In this document: piece after piece, positions 52,422 through 64,000 of the stretch
Numbering within the stretch: position 1 is the stretch's first letter
Layout of the letters: the number at the start of each line of letters is the position of its first letter
Assembly: GCF_001194135.2 (NCBI RefSeq)
Contig: NC_068989.1
Coordinates: 82,057,504-82,121,503, forward strand
Source: Octopus bimaculoides
Lineage: Eukaryota
DNA: 64,000 nucleotides
Direction of reading: 5' to 3'
Notes under the pieces: generated by a model
Told to the model about the DNA's origin: nothing
What the model saw: the letters and a program-made list of their open reading frames with translations, nothing else
Databases searched by the model: none
Made by a program: the position numbers and the translations under genes

Positions 52422-54394
52422 ATATCTACGTGTATATATATATATATATATATCTNNNNNNNNNNNNNNNNNNNNNNNNNNNNNNNNNNNNNNNNNNNNN
52501 NNNNNNNNNNNNNNNNNNNNNNNNNNNNNNNNNNNNNNNNNNNNNNNNNNNNNNNNNNNNNNNNNNNNNNNNNNNNNNNNNNNNNNNNNNNNNNNNNNNN
52601 NNNNNNNNNNNNNNNNNNNNNNNATATATATATATATATATTTATATATATTCACACACACAACTTATACACATATCTCATTGCACAATATAGACATATA
52701 GTATGTATACTTACTAAACTAAACATATGTACAACCTATATACAAACATTATGCTCACCAAAGAATACAGAAATACAGTCTACACACACACACACACACA
52801 CACACTGTGTTTCTCTTTATAACTGCGCACATACACACATAAACAGACAGACACACACACATGTATATACACCACAAACTAACATTATGAAAGACGGAAA
52901 CATGGAATATGACAGAGAAACCTTCTTTCTTCCTTGAATGTTGATTGAAATAACAGGAGAGGGGAAATGTAGGATGTTTTACAGGGATCACACACACGCA
53001 CACACACATCAAAAGTGTATGTATGTGATGTTCATTACATACACACACGCACGTGTGTGTATGTATGTGTGTGTGTAATCCTCCATACATGCACAATGAT
53101 TGCCAGTCATATATACTGACAGATATAGTCATATAAATAGAGAGAGCCACACACACACACACACACACACACAAACGTGTGTGCAACTTTTACAGCATGT
53201 ACAAAAACATACAAGTGCACACACACATACACACATTTATATACATACATACATACATACATCCACATAACAATACAGTGTGTGTAAAGTACAGATGTCC
53301 ACAGTACATTGAGACACCCACTATGCACACACATATATACATAGACATACACACACACACATACACACTGAGTTATCATTGTCAAGCCCTAGGTCAGCCC
53401 TAGACAAATAGACCTATGATTAAAGACACTCTAGCCATGACTATCCTGTCTGTTTCAACAAATCCCACAGTATATCATGAAATGTATTTTCCTTTTGTTT
53501 TAGTTTTTGATGTGAGAGAGAATTAGCTGCTGTTTCTAGCAACCATTAGAGCTAAGTCTATCTTGTCCAACATAAATTATGTCTCAGTCACTACTTTGTC
53601 ACCAGCTTATGAGAAAGTCCCTTGTAATGGCTTGACCTGATACAAAATAGCAACTAAATCTTCCTTAACTTACACCATACTACCTTAAAAATGGAACACG
53701 TACAATCCTTCATTAGGGTCTTCTTCATCAACACGACCTGTGGCTAAATAAAAACACTCACTTTCATATACAGACACAATTTAGAAACATGGTGGTGTGT
53801 AAAAGATTCTATAATTTAATTTACCTTACTTTTAAACAACACAGATATCAATCAAAATACATAACTCACAAACACACACACATATTGTTGTGTTATGTGG
53901 ATATGTGTATGTATGGATTGTTGTGTTATGTGGATACAAGTATGTATGTATGTATGTATGTGTTGGATGGATTGACCAGGCTGGCATGCTGGAAGGCTGC
54001 ATCAGACTCCAGTCTGATTTGGTATGGTTTTCTATGGTTGGATGCCCTTCCTAACACTGAGGTGCTTTTATGTGCCGCCGTCACAGGTGCCAATTTGCGT
54101 GACACAGGTAACTGCCAAGACTGTGAATTTGCTCGGTTTGATGAGTTAATCGTGACATAATGCCAAAGGTCTTGGTCATTGCCTCCATGAGGCCCAGTGC
54201 TCGAAAGGAATTCGGCCACTTTGCCTTCATGAGGCCCAATGCTCAAAACTGAAGGATGAATAGCCAAAAGTCAGTGGAATGATGACACATCATACGAAAG
54301 GTTGTCATATCAAATCCACTCTGAGTAGTTACTAGGAGAAAAATAGACAGAAAGAGAATGAAAGGAAGAGGGAGAGAGAGTGTTTATGTAAACA

Positions 54395-54806
54395 TAGGCC
54401 TAGGAGTGGCTGTGTGATAAATAGCTTGCTTACAAACCACATGGTTCCGGGTTCTGTCCCACTGCGTGACATCTTGGGCAAGTGTCTTCTACTATAGCCT
54501 CGGGCCGACCAAAGCCTTGTGAGTGGATTTGGTAGACGGAATCTGAAAGAAGCCCGTCGTATGTATATGTATATATATGTATATGTTTATATGTATATGT
54601 TTGTGTCTGTGATTGTCCCCCAACATCGCTTGACAACTGATGGTGGTGTGTTTACGTCCCTTTAACTTAGCGGTTAGGCAAAAAAGACCAATAGAATAAG
54701 TACAGGCTTCCAAAGAATAAGTCCTAGGGTCGATTTGTTCGACTAAAAGGTGGTGCTCCAGCATGGCCGCAGTCAAATGACTGAAACAAGTAAAAGAGTA
54801 AAAGAG
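54395..54806 (+). mobile_element. Full-length SINE family A
   Basis: taggcctaggagtggctgtgtg ... gactgaaacaagtaaaagagtaaaagag. Confidence 0.9.
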
Positions 54807-55761
54807 TATGGGACATCAATGAGATAAACTGAGGAGTTGGACAAAATTAATGTTGAATGCAGCCACTGAAAACAAGCAAACATCATTGTATGTCTGTCTG
54901 TGTGTCCACCTAAAACAGATGAACACTATCTTGTGTCAACCTATAAAGAATATGCTACACGTGATATCATGCCATTATTCTTTACAGAACAACTAGCTGA
55001 ACCTACAGTTAAATAACTTACCTCACACACACACACAAACCTGTACACATAACCACAGACAAACACATATACAAACCCACCCACCTACACACACACAGTA
55101 TTTGCTTGAAGACATCAAGATTTCACATCAAATAGAGGTGAACGAACTACAAACTATCCACACATTGAAACCAAATCTTGCAGGAAGAAGCCAGAATGAT
55201 GAACCATTTATCTCAATAATATCTTAGCAGACAGTTTTTTCTCAAATTTCCTTAACATTTAATTCTTCCAGAATTCCAACATTCCCAAAGACAATTATCT
55301 TCTTATCTGGATTCTAACAGAAAAACAGTTGTTATTACACAACTCCACTCCATCCTCAAACCATCCTCCACATCTCCGTGAATTTAGAATGGTTGAGGTC
55401 AGATTCCCCACCTTCTTCAATAAGATCCACATCATTTTCTTTGAGTGTCAATTGAGCGTGAGTGGAGTGAGATATCCTGATTTAAGATTAAATTTAGGAT
55501 ATTTAGTTTAGGCTATCTCTTGTGACACGGACAAGAGTAGGTATGTCTGGAATAGAGACACTTATTTGGGAAGCTCCCTGATCTACTCCTTAATTCCATA
55601 TATAGATATTCACATCTATCATTTTATATTCAAAGTTTTCACTTCACTTTTATATAGTTTCTAGCCTTTCCCTTAGTTTTCTTCATAGAAATCATCATAA
55701 TCATCATTGTCATTGTTGTGGTATGATCGAATCAGCAGAATATTAGAGAAAGCAGAATTTA

Positions 55762-55969
55762 TTTACTCTCTTTACTTGTTTCAGTCATTTGACTGTGGCC
55801 ATGCTGGAGCACCACCTTTTGTCGAGCAAATCGACCCCAGGACTTATTCTTTGTAAGCCTAGTACTTATTCTATCGGTCTCTTTTTACCGAACCGCTAAG
55901 TTACGGGGATGTAAACACACCAGCACCGGTTGTCAAGCGATGTTGGGGGGGACAAACACAGACACACAA

Positions 55970-56026
<57 letters not shown>

Positions 56027-56191
56027 CGTATATACGATGGGCTCCTTTCAGTTTCCGTCTACCAAATCCACTCACAAGGCTTTGGTCAGCCCGAGGCTAC
56101 ACTAGAAGACACTGTGTTACACAGTGGGACTGAACCCGGACCCATGTGGTTGGTAAGGAAGCTACTTACCACACAGCCACTCCTGCACCTA
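55762..56191 (-). mobile_element. Full-length SINE family A
   Basis: Near-complete reverse complement of the 54395-54806 type. Confidence 0.9.
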
Positions 56192-56464
56192 TACTTTTTT
56201 TTATCTATTTAAAAAAAAATTTTATATTACAGTTGGTAAACAATATTGTTATTGATTACAGATCTCTAATAATGGACCAACCAATGGTTCACTGTTTCAA
56301 ATTAACCACTTACTGGCTCACAATACCTCTGGCAGCAACAGTGATAGGGAGTGTCCGTAATTTGACACAGAACAAATATCACAAGTGAATTATTTATTCA
56401 TAAAACAGTGGAGATTGATTTGGCCTTTTCTCCTTAGATAAAACACAGCAGCAATGAAGTACTA

Positions 56465-56563
56465 AAATTGACTAAACACCCAGGTTGATATTTCCAGAAA
56501 TTGACTAAACACCCAGGTTGATATTTCCAGAAATTGACTAAACACCCAGGTTAATATTTCCAG
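56465..56563. repeat. 33-bp tandem triplication
   Basis: aaattgactaaacacccaggttgatatttccag x3, with one substitution in the third unit. Confidence 0.95.
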
Positions 56564-57473
56564 GGCAATGTTTTACCAATTCTACCATCCATTGCTTTGA
56601 CTCTCTAGAATATGCTAACAATATTAAGCTTCACTACATTTCATAACTGACCCACAGACGCTCTCCAAATTTTGTCTCACAAATACGATGCCACTTCACC
56701 TGACCTTTTCTCCTGCTGCCACAGTGGAATCTGTTTCTTGGCTCTAGCTGGTCTCATGCCACTCATCATTCTCAGTCACTCCTGCCATATACAATATACA
56801 ACTGTTCAAGAGGGAAAGTCATGGCTCAGCCACTCCCTCAAGATTTCACTGGTCTCAGAGGGCTTTTGAAGGTTATGGGCCAAGCCCCTCTCTCCAAATC
56901 AAACCAGTAAACCAAAACAAACTTGATAAAAGAGTGAAATTGCAGACCTTGCTTTGATATGAACTTAAAACCTTTATTTATGGTACAAAATATATGACAT
57001 CAACGCAAACCCTTTTTTATAACTACAAGTAATGTTTTATTCTATAAGTTCAAATTGTCTGATCCCCATCTGTTTTCCCACAGTTACATTCGTTAGATAG
57101 GTACATGGTAGACCACCTGGGGTACAAAATCAAGAGGGCACAAAGCAAATGTAGTAATATTCTACAGATGCTAACAGATGAAAACTGAATCACTACCACC
57201 ACCATTGCTATGAGGAGTCAGTATGTGAATACTGGACTTGTGAGATATAACAGTCAAATCTCCCTCTAAGCATACCCAACTGATTATGTAATAGATTTAA
57301 TTAGTAAAGGATAACAGTCATTAGTTAGAATATATAATTAGATACACATTTGAGTTTTAAGGTTGTGCTGTTAATTAAGGACAGTTTTATGGGACCTCAG
57401 TAGCATGTTGGTCCGGGAGTTAAACTCTAATCCTAAAAGACAGACAAATGAAAGGAATTAGAAAACTGCTTAA

Positions 57474-57697
57474 CCCTTTCGTTGCTGTATTTTTATTTTT
57501 TGATGCTCTGTGTTTCTTTCAATTAATTTTAAATATAATAAATAATTTAGTAAAATAACTTAGTTATCATTAAGCTGGTGTTAGAAACATAAATTGTGAC
57601 TAAGATTTGGTGGAAGATTTTAATTGAAAACTTATAAAAACAAAACATTTGTACTACAGAGCTAAAGCCGGTTTCAGCCAGGTTAGTATCAAAAGGG
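57474..57697. mobile_element. piggyBac-like MITE copy 1
   Basis: TTAA|ccctttcgttgct ... agtatcaaaaggg|TTAA. Confidence 0.8.
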
Positions 57698-57716
57698 TTA
57701 ATTAATCATTTGTTAA

Positions 57717-57938
57717 CCTTTTTGTTACCATATTTCTGTTGAGATGTTCTGTGTTTCTTTCAATTAATTTTAAATATAACAAAGAATTTAGTAAAATAAC
57801 TTAGTTATCATTAAGCTGGTGTTAGAAACATAAATTGCAACTAAGGTTTGGTGGAAGATTTTAATTCAAAACTTATGTAAACAAGACATTTATACTATAA
57901 AGCCAGAGCCGGTTTCAACCGGCTTGGTATCAAAAGGG
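57717..57938. mobile_element. piggyBac-like MITE copy 2 (same family as copy 1)
   Basis: TTAA|cctttttgttacc ... ggtatcaaaaggg|TTAA; colinear with 57474-57697. Confidence 0.8.
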
Positions 57939-58049
57939 TTAAGGATTAAGAACAGCAAAAAAAAATCCTGAAATAATAAACAATGTGATGAGTAACAGTT
58001 TAGTGTGTTACCTTACAGGTAACTGATATTCCAGCAACACAGAAGGCAA

Positions 58050-58225
58050 TGAGCTGGAACAATTGTTAGCACACTGTTGAGAGTTCAAATTCCGCTGAGG
58101 TTGACTTTGTCTTTCATACTTTCAGGTCAATAAAATAAGTACCAGTTGATTACTGGGGTCAATGTAACCGATTTACGTCACTCCCTTGAAATTGCTGGTC
58201 TTGGGGCAAAGTTTGAATCTGATAT
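58050..58225 (+). mobile_element. Family B SINE
   Basis: gagttcaaattccgctgaggttgactttg...aagtaccag...ctggggtc. Confidence 0.8.
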
Positions 58226-58908
58226 TACAGCAACACATTTAGCTAGGAAATATCTGAATTATCATTTGTAGATTCGGTGTATTTCTGGATCACATAGATC
58301 CAGAGATCATTACACCTTCTTGCCTTATCAGTGATCATTCATAGTAGCCCCTCAATGTAACTGGTTAATCTCTCCCTCTCCCTCAGCTACACACACACAC
58401 ATTCACGTGTAGACACACGCACACACACACACACATTCATGTGTAGACACATGCACACACACGCACACACGTATATTTCCACAACCTCTTTCTCCTCTTC
58501 CACATTTCAAAGCCAATACATCGTCGCCTTTCTTCTCCAAAGAAGTATTTACATTTTACTGTTGTGATTGATGTGAGTGGTGTGACTAGTGTGACTGATG
58601 CGATTGGTATGACTGATAAAATTGGTGAGACTGATAGTCAATTTGAATATGCAAATAGCAGAAGCGAGAAGGAGGGAATTTCAGAGTAATCTAATTATGG
58701 AGAGGAAGGATAGGACAAAATATTTACTATTGATGTACATGTATAGATGTGAAGATGATGGATAGCTTGTGTGGAGAAGGTATACAACATGTGTGTATGT
58801 GTGTGTGTGTGTGTGTGTGTGTTGTGTAGTGAGAGTAAATAGTTAGAGTATGTAGTTACTATATTGCCATAAAAGGCAAGGTGTTGCCATAGAATGCATT
58901 AATGCCTA

Positions 58909-59718
58909 CATGTATCAAAAAGTTCCCAGACTAGTTCTGTAGCGCACCAACAGATGGCAGCATATGGTTGCATGTGCAGTGAGAGCTAGCAGTGACCTTC
59001 ATGAGGCAGTGTGCCGAGTGACATCACTGTGTTCATTTTGCAAGTTATGAAATTTGTGTTTTCGTGATCAGATGTATGCTGTTGCCTGCGATTTTGTCAT
59101 GGACAGGAACAAAGGGCCAATGTGAAATTTTGCGTTAAACTTCCTTGAGAAGTCTGCTACAGAGTCATAGAGGATGTTCCAGCAAACTTACAGTGATGAG
59201 ACAATGGGTCATCACCTCTGGAAATGCGGAGAAAATTCATCAGCTTGTGCATGAGGATTGTTGGAGGACAATCAATGATGATTTGAAGTATTTAAGGGAG
59301 GACATTTGGTGAAAGCAACCAGATCGGTGGAGTGTGAAGAATTGGATTCTTCATGATGACAAGGCATTCTGTCACCAAGCTCTCCTCACTCATGAGTTTC
59401 TCACCAAAATCAACATGGAATTGCTTCTGCACCCACCCTATTCATCAGATTTAGTGCCTGCAGACTTCCTCCTCTCCCCCAAGATGAAAATGCAGCTCAA
59501 AGGTCACCGTTTTAACACTGTTGTCAAGACAAAGAGTGAATCGCAGAAAGTTCTCAACTCACTTATGGGAAATGACTTCCATGCCAGATTCCAAAAGGGG
59601 CAAGAATGCTGGGGCCGGTGTATTACTGCACAAGGTGACTATTTTCAAGGAGATGATGTTAAAACTTAGATAAATAAGTTATTTTTTGTAGTAAACATAA
59701 CTTTTTGATACCATCACA
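58909..59718 (+). mobile_element. Internally deleted mariner (Tc1/mariner) DNA transposon
   Basis: TIR cores tgtatcaaaaagtt (58911) and aactttttgatacc (~59699). N-terminal remnant QRANVKFCVKL..KSATES; C-terminal ORF 59334-59669 WILHDDKA...HPPYSSDLVPADF.L.PKMK..LKG.RF (mariner YSPDLAP.D motif). Confidence 0.9.
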
Positions 59719-60204
59719 CATTTCATTTGACCAATCAGCACTGGCTAACTTATAGTTGCTGCAGTGAACTTTAAAGAAAGTGAGCAACTTTTCCTTCCCA
59801 AATAGTTTTGCAGAAGGTTCCGGAAAATGTGGCTTACAGTTATGGTGAATTCAACCCACAGACAAAAGCCACTCAGCTCTCCAAACAAAACTATGTCACT
59901 TTGCTTAGCAAGTTGATCTTGCACTTTCTTTCATTTTCTCTTATTCAAAATGCTTATGTCATATTCAACAAAAGGCACCAGCCTTAGATTAAAGTGTCTG
60001 ATAACACATATTGATTATATGCAGTGATTTAAATTCCTTCTACATATTTCATCTTGGATGACTATGAACTACTTCGATAATATCATTTAGCATATAGTAT
60101 TACAGAAGACTTTTAACTTTTGTTTGTTGTTTCATGAATGTCATTCCATTAATATATTTCTATGTTGACATATAAACGGTGCAGGTTAATAAAATATCTC
60201 AGTT

Positions 60205-60422
60205 CATCCCATATTCTCTGCCCACTTATTTCTGGGAAGGGTTGTGGAGGTAGAGTCCTCAAGTGTGCCTTTCATTGGGTCCTACCATAATCAACTGTCT
60301 CCAACTGATCCTCCTGGATGCCCAAGCAAGAACAACTGAACTCATGGATATTATCCAGTCATTTTGCTGGTGGTTTGCCCCTGGATCTTCTGCCAGTAGG
60401 CTTTGCCCATAAAACCTGTTCA
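60205..60422 (-). mobile_element. RTE LINE 3' end fragment
   Basis: Minus-strand reading QVLWAKPTGRRSRGKPPAK*LDNIHEFSCSCLGIQ...LRTLPPQPFPE matches the RTE C-terminal GKRPRGRP..RW motif. Confidence 0.7.
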
Positions 60423-60700
60423 GTGAGACATTCCGATAAGGAGGTCAGGACCAGTCATGTAGATACTATTTTATCCAAGTTCAGAGAACACCCAGAAAAA
60501 AACTCAGGATGTTGAAATGGAGTGGAGACTGTTCAGCTTAGCAATTTCTGCTTCAGCTGTTAAATGCTGTGGGCAAAAGCAGCTTAATGTGGCACCAAGT
60601 GACAGGAAGACCCCCTAGTTCAATCAAGAGATTAAAGATGACATCTGAGCAAAGAATGAGGCTTACAAAGCTTGGCTTGGAAATAAAGTCCTCTTTGCAA
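60423..60700 (+). mobile_element. RTE LINE linker fragment, inverted relative to the adjacent 3' end
   Basis: Plus-strand reading DKEVRTS...SKFRE...QDVEMEWRLFSLAISASAVKCCGQKQ...KTP*FNQEIKDDI*AKNEAYKAWL resembles the RTE post-endonuclease linker. Confidence 0.65.
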
Positions 60701-61287
60701 TTGCAGTAAACAAAACATATGAAAACTCTTGTCTTCAAATGTAACCTACCTAATAATATGAAATACCAAAGAAGAATATATAACTGAACACCACACTAAA
60801 CAGCATTTTGATGAGTGACTCTTAGCCATTCAAGTGAAGGCCTCTACTTTCTGGAAAGCAGTAGGATGTTATATCAAATAAATGACAAAATTAATCAAAT
60901 TTATTCCTTCATTGGTGTCAGTACAAGGATCAGAAAGGAAGGAAGCTCATCAGATTTTTGGACAATATACAAAAAAATCATTTGTCTGTGTCGACTAATC
61001 TGGAAACGAAATCTACAGAGAGGCCGAGATAGGAGAGATCGGCTAATCAAGGGAGGTAAATAGGATGTTATCTGAAGTAGGGATGAGAAAGTACAGTGAT
61101 GCTATTTTGATGACAGATTTAGTTTTCTGAAAATAACATCTGTTTTCCTTGTTTCATTTCTTTAGTAATATGGTGTGATGAGAAAATGATAAAGAAGACA
61201 CTTATCTGATTATCATTCAACTAGAACTGTAATTATTATCTTCAGCTTTGGTAATATAATAATAAAGAAACAGGAATGTTGTGTGTA

Positions 61288-61344
<57 letters not shown>

Positions 61345-63379
61345 CATATGTTCAGCTTTATATATGTATTACATGTCATACATACACACACATATATATA
61401 AATGGACCATGTTTATTAAATGATGATATGCATGGATATGTGTATGAATATATATACATACATATATATATATATATTGGTGTGTGTATGAGTATATTCT
61501 AAATATTTTGGGTTGCTATGTTCCTCTGAGATTCGGTTATTCCAGTTTTATAGAAACCCATGTCTATTTTGGTCTCTTAGAATGGCTCATTATACACTAA
61601 GTAACAGCAAAAGATAAAGTATGGAATTTATAGCAATGAGGTGATGTGTTGCCCTTCAGATGTAATGGAAGAATGAAATACCAGTCATATATTGGGGTAA
61701 TGAGCGTAACTCTTATTATTATATCTGCTTCAGACAAAGGAGTCTGTCAAAAGTATTAGACTTCTTACATACAGCAAGATAATTTATTCCCTTTTTTGTG
61801 AACTTATTATGATCATTGTTTGGCCATGCATACCATCACTAGCATCTGTTTGCCCATCTGTACCCATGTCTGTTTACCCCCCCACACACAAACTATCTCT
61901 CATGTCTGTTTGCCACACACACATAGGCCTGAGAACTGTCTTAACAGCATTATAGTTCACATGCAAATCAATGTAGCTAGTTTTTAAAAGTTTGTGTTTG
62001 AATTTAAATGACATAAAGATTGAAAGTTGCAGTTTCAGTGTTGTCAATAAACGATCAATAATTTTGATAAAATAAGGTAAGTTCATACACACGATGTGCC
62101 CTGGAGGTCAGCTCTTATAGGTAAGATAATCTATTTTTGATCAGGTTCAGGTGGGATTGGAAGTTCAAATTTTAAAACAAATAGTGATAGAGAAGGTACA
62201 CGGAGTATACACATTTTATATTTCCCACACATTATAAAAAAACTTAAAATATCTAGTCATTAGTCACCATGTATAGTACCATTTTATTCTTATTTAAAAT
62301 TATCAGTATGGCATAACCTGTGGCAAAGAAATTACGCTAAATTAAACATTTTTACGAAGTTAATTCTTATTTTAGAGAGAGAAAGAAGTTTACGGTTTAA
62401 AAAGCATTCATGGGATGTTTAATCTTATCACAGATCATTAATAGTTTATCTATAGAATGAGAAGAGAGAATTCCTTACATATAAATTAATACATCTGGGG
62501 AAATCTGCCTTGCAAAAGAGTTCTTAATGTAGATACAATTACAGTCTTAACAATGAATGAATTTCACAAGCCATTTTCAGTATTTTCATTTTGGAAGCAG
62601 ATAAAGTTTCAAGCTGTCATTCCATTTTAGTTTATCTTTTGTTATGAGTTAGGAAAGACTTCCTATGTGTTTATTCTACCATGACTGTTGTCGCTAGTTT
62701 GTATGGATATTTGAAAAAGTTACAGCTAGAGTAATTCACACATGATATGACCTGATGGCCAGCCATTGTAGGGGAAACAGTCCATTCTAGATCAATATTA
62801 GGTGGGATTGGAAATTTGAGTTTTAAGGTAGGTTCATGTATTATGAGAAAATGTGGGTACTATCATAGCAAGCAAGGTCCTTGTCCACCAGTTTCATATG
62901 ACAGATCCCTTCTAAGATTCACTTGCAACCAGTATCTATCACAAACCTATTACAATATATCTGCTAACTCCACTATCAAACTAATCTTATGTAATATCAC
63001 ATGACTAGAAGCCTAGTCAAGAAAATGTTGAATCCTTAAAATGTTGGATTGTTATAATGCCCACTTTGGTATACAGTATACTTATTAAAACCAGTGAAGA
63101 TACGACTATCTCTGACTGCCTACTATGTACTCTGGTACTTCACGTATTTTTCTTTGCTTATAGCGATTAGGTTATTCCATTTGTCATATGGGAGGGGTGT
63201 GCCTTTACTACTAATTCCTTACAACAGCTCTCCTTTCAAGTTTTTCTAAGAAAATGTAATTTTATTTCACAATACTTTTTTTTATTCACCCCACCTCCCT
63301 TTTTTCAGGTGTTTTTCATACAATTTAATATTTTTTGAGCTTGGTATCTATTTTCAGGAACTCTATATGTTTTCTTTTC

Positions 63380-64000
63380 CTCTCACTCGTATGCCTGAGT
63401 TCAATCACCAGCAGTGGTGTTGATACTTAGAACATATTGTACAATCATTCCATCGGTTCCTCCAACTTCTTTAGTTCACTTTCCATGAATCTCTTTTCCA
63501 ATTGGTTCCCATGTCTCTTTTGTATGCTTTTTCTACTTTTTACCCAATACATCATTTTGCCTATACACTTGGTAATTATGCCATCATCCCAACTCTACTT
63601 TCCATTCTTGTATGCCCTGATATACACCTTTTTACCAACTTTAAAGAATCTTGCTGGTACTTCTTTTCTTGCCAGGCAGCAATTTATTGAAGACTGATTT
63701 TACTTCCCCCGTAAACATCAGCTCCGCTGGTGACATACCTGCTGGTGTATTTGGATTTGGTGTCACACAGTACACTCTTAAGAATTGTTAGGGCTCTCTT
63801 GAAAGTATCAACAAAGTGTTCTGCCGGTCCGTTAGATCTGGGATGGTCTGGAGCAGTAGTTATATGTTCTACCATGAAAATTCCACAAAATTTTAAAAAT
63901 TCGTTAGACACAAATTGTGTTCCCTTGTCTGGGATGCCAAATCTCGCAAACAATTCGTGTAAAAAATTTGTCACAGTTGAGGAGGCTGGTTTTTTTACTT
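63380..64000 (-). mobile_element. Gypsy LTR-retrotransposon integrase fragment (decayed, runs off the window end)
   Basis: ORF 63684-63974 FLHELFARFGIPD.KGTQFVSNEF.KFC...EHITTAPDHPRSNGPAEHFVDTFKRAL is an rve core with a deletion in the first catalytic region. Confidence 0.88.

Noticed and set aside
5617-52937. Long ORFs containing X runs or YIYI/CVCV/HTHT tracts
   Set aside because: Artefacts of N-gaps and dinucleotide microsatellites.
55150-55620. Unique-looking block with short protein-like frames on the minus strand
   Set aside because: Stops occur in all frames, there is no convincing acceptor/donor pair, and no motif was recognised.

Overview
AT-rich, microsatellite-dense eukaryotic DNA from a gapped short-read assembly; the N-gaps mostly abut (TA)n/(CA)n tracts. 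The SINE/RTE repeat content looks like an octopod cephalopod (inference from recognised repeat sequences, no database search). The window is essentially intronic. The only convincing host coding sequence is one 177-nt, phase 0-0, minus-strand exon (20825-21001) encoding the start of the PDZ domain of an ARHGAP21/23-family RhoGAP (W.GP.TV...R...[16 protein letters not shown]). The rest is two abundant tRNA-derived SINE families, RTE/RTE-X/Jockey-type LINE relics, a deleted mariner, TA- and TTAA-targeting MITEs, a solo LTR, a Gypsy integrase fragment, a Penelope-type hammerhead relic and simple repeats. Most notable: a second copy of the PDZ exon (19367-19514) sits with a full-length SINE inside one 17-bp target-site duplication. 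It ends in a self-templated fold-back that buries its own 5' splice site in a perfect 17-bp hairpin. This reads as a SINE insertion that captured a neighbouring exon, creating a hairpin-gated pseudo/poison exon with a newly formed acceptor. Repeat boundaries were read by eye and are approximate unless a TSD or TIR is quoted.
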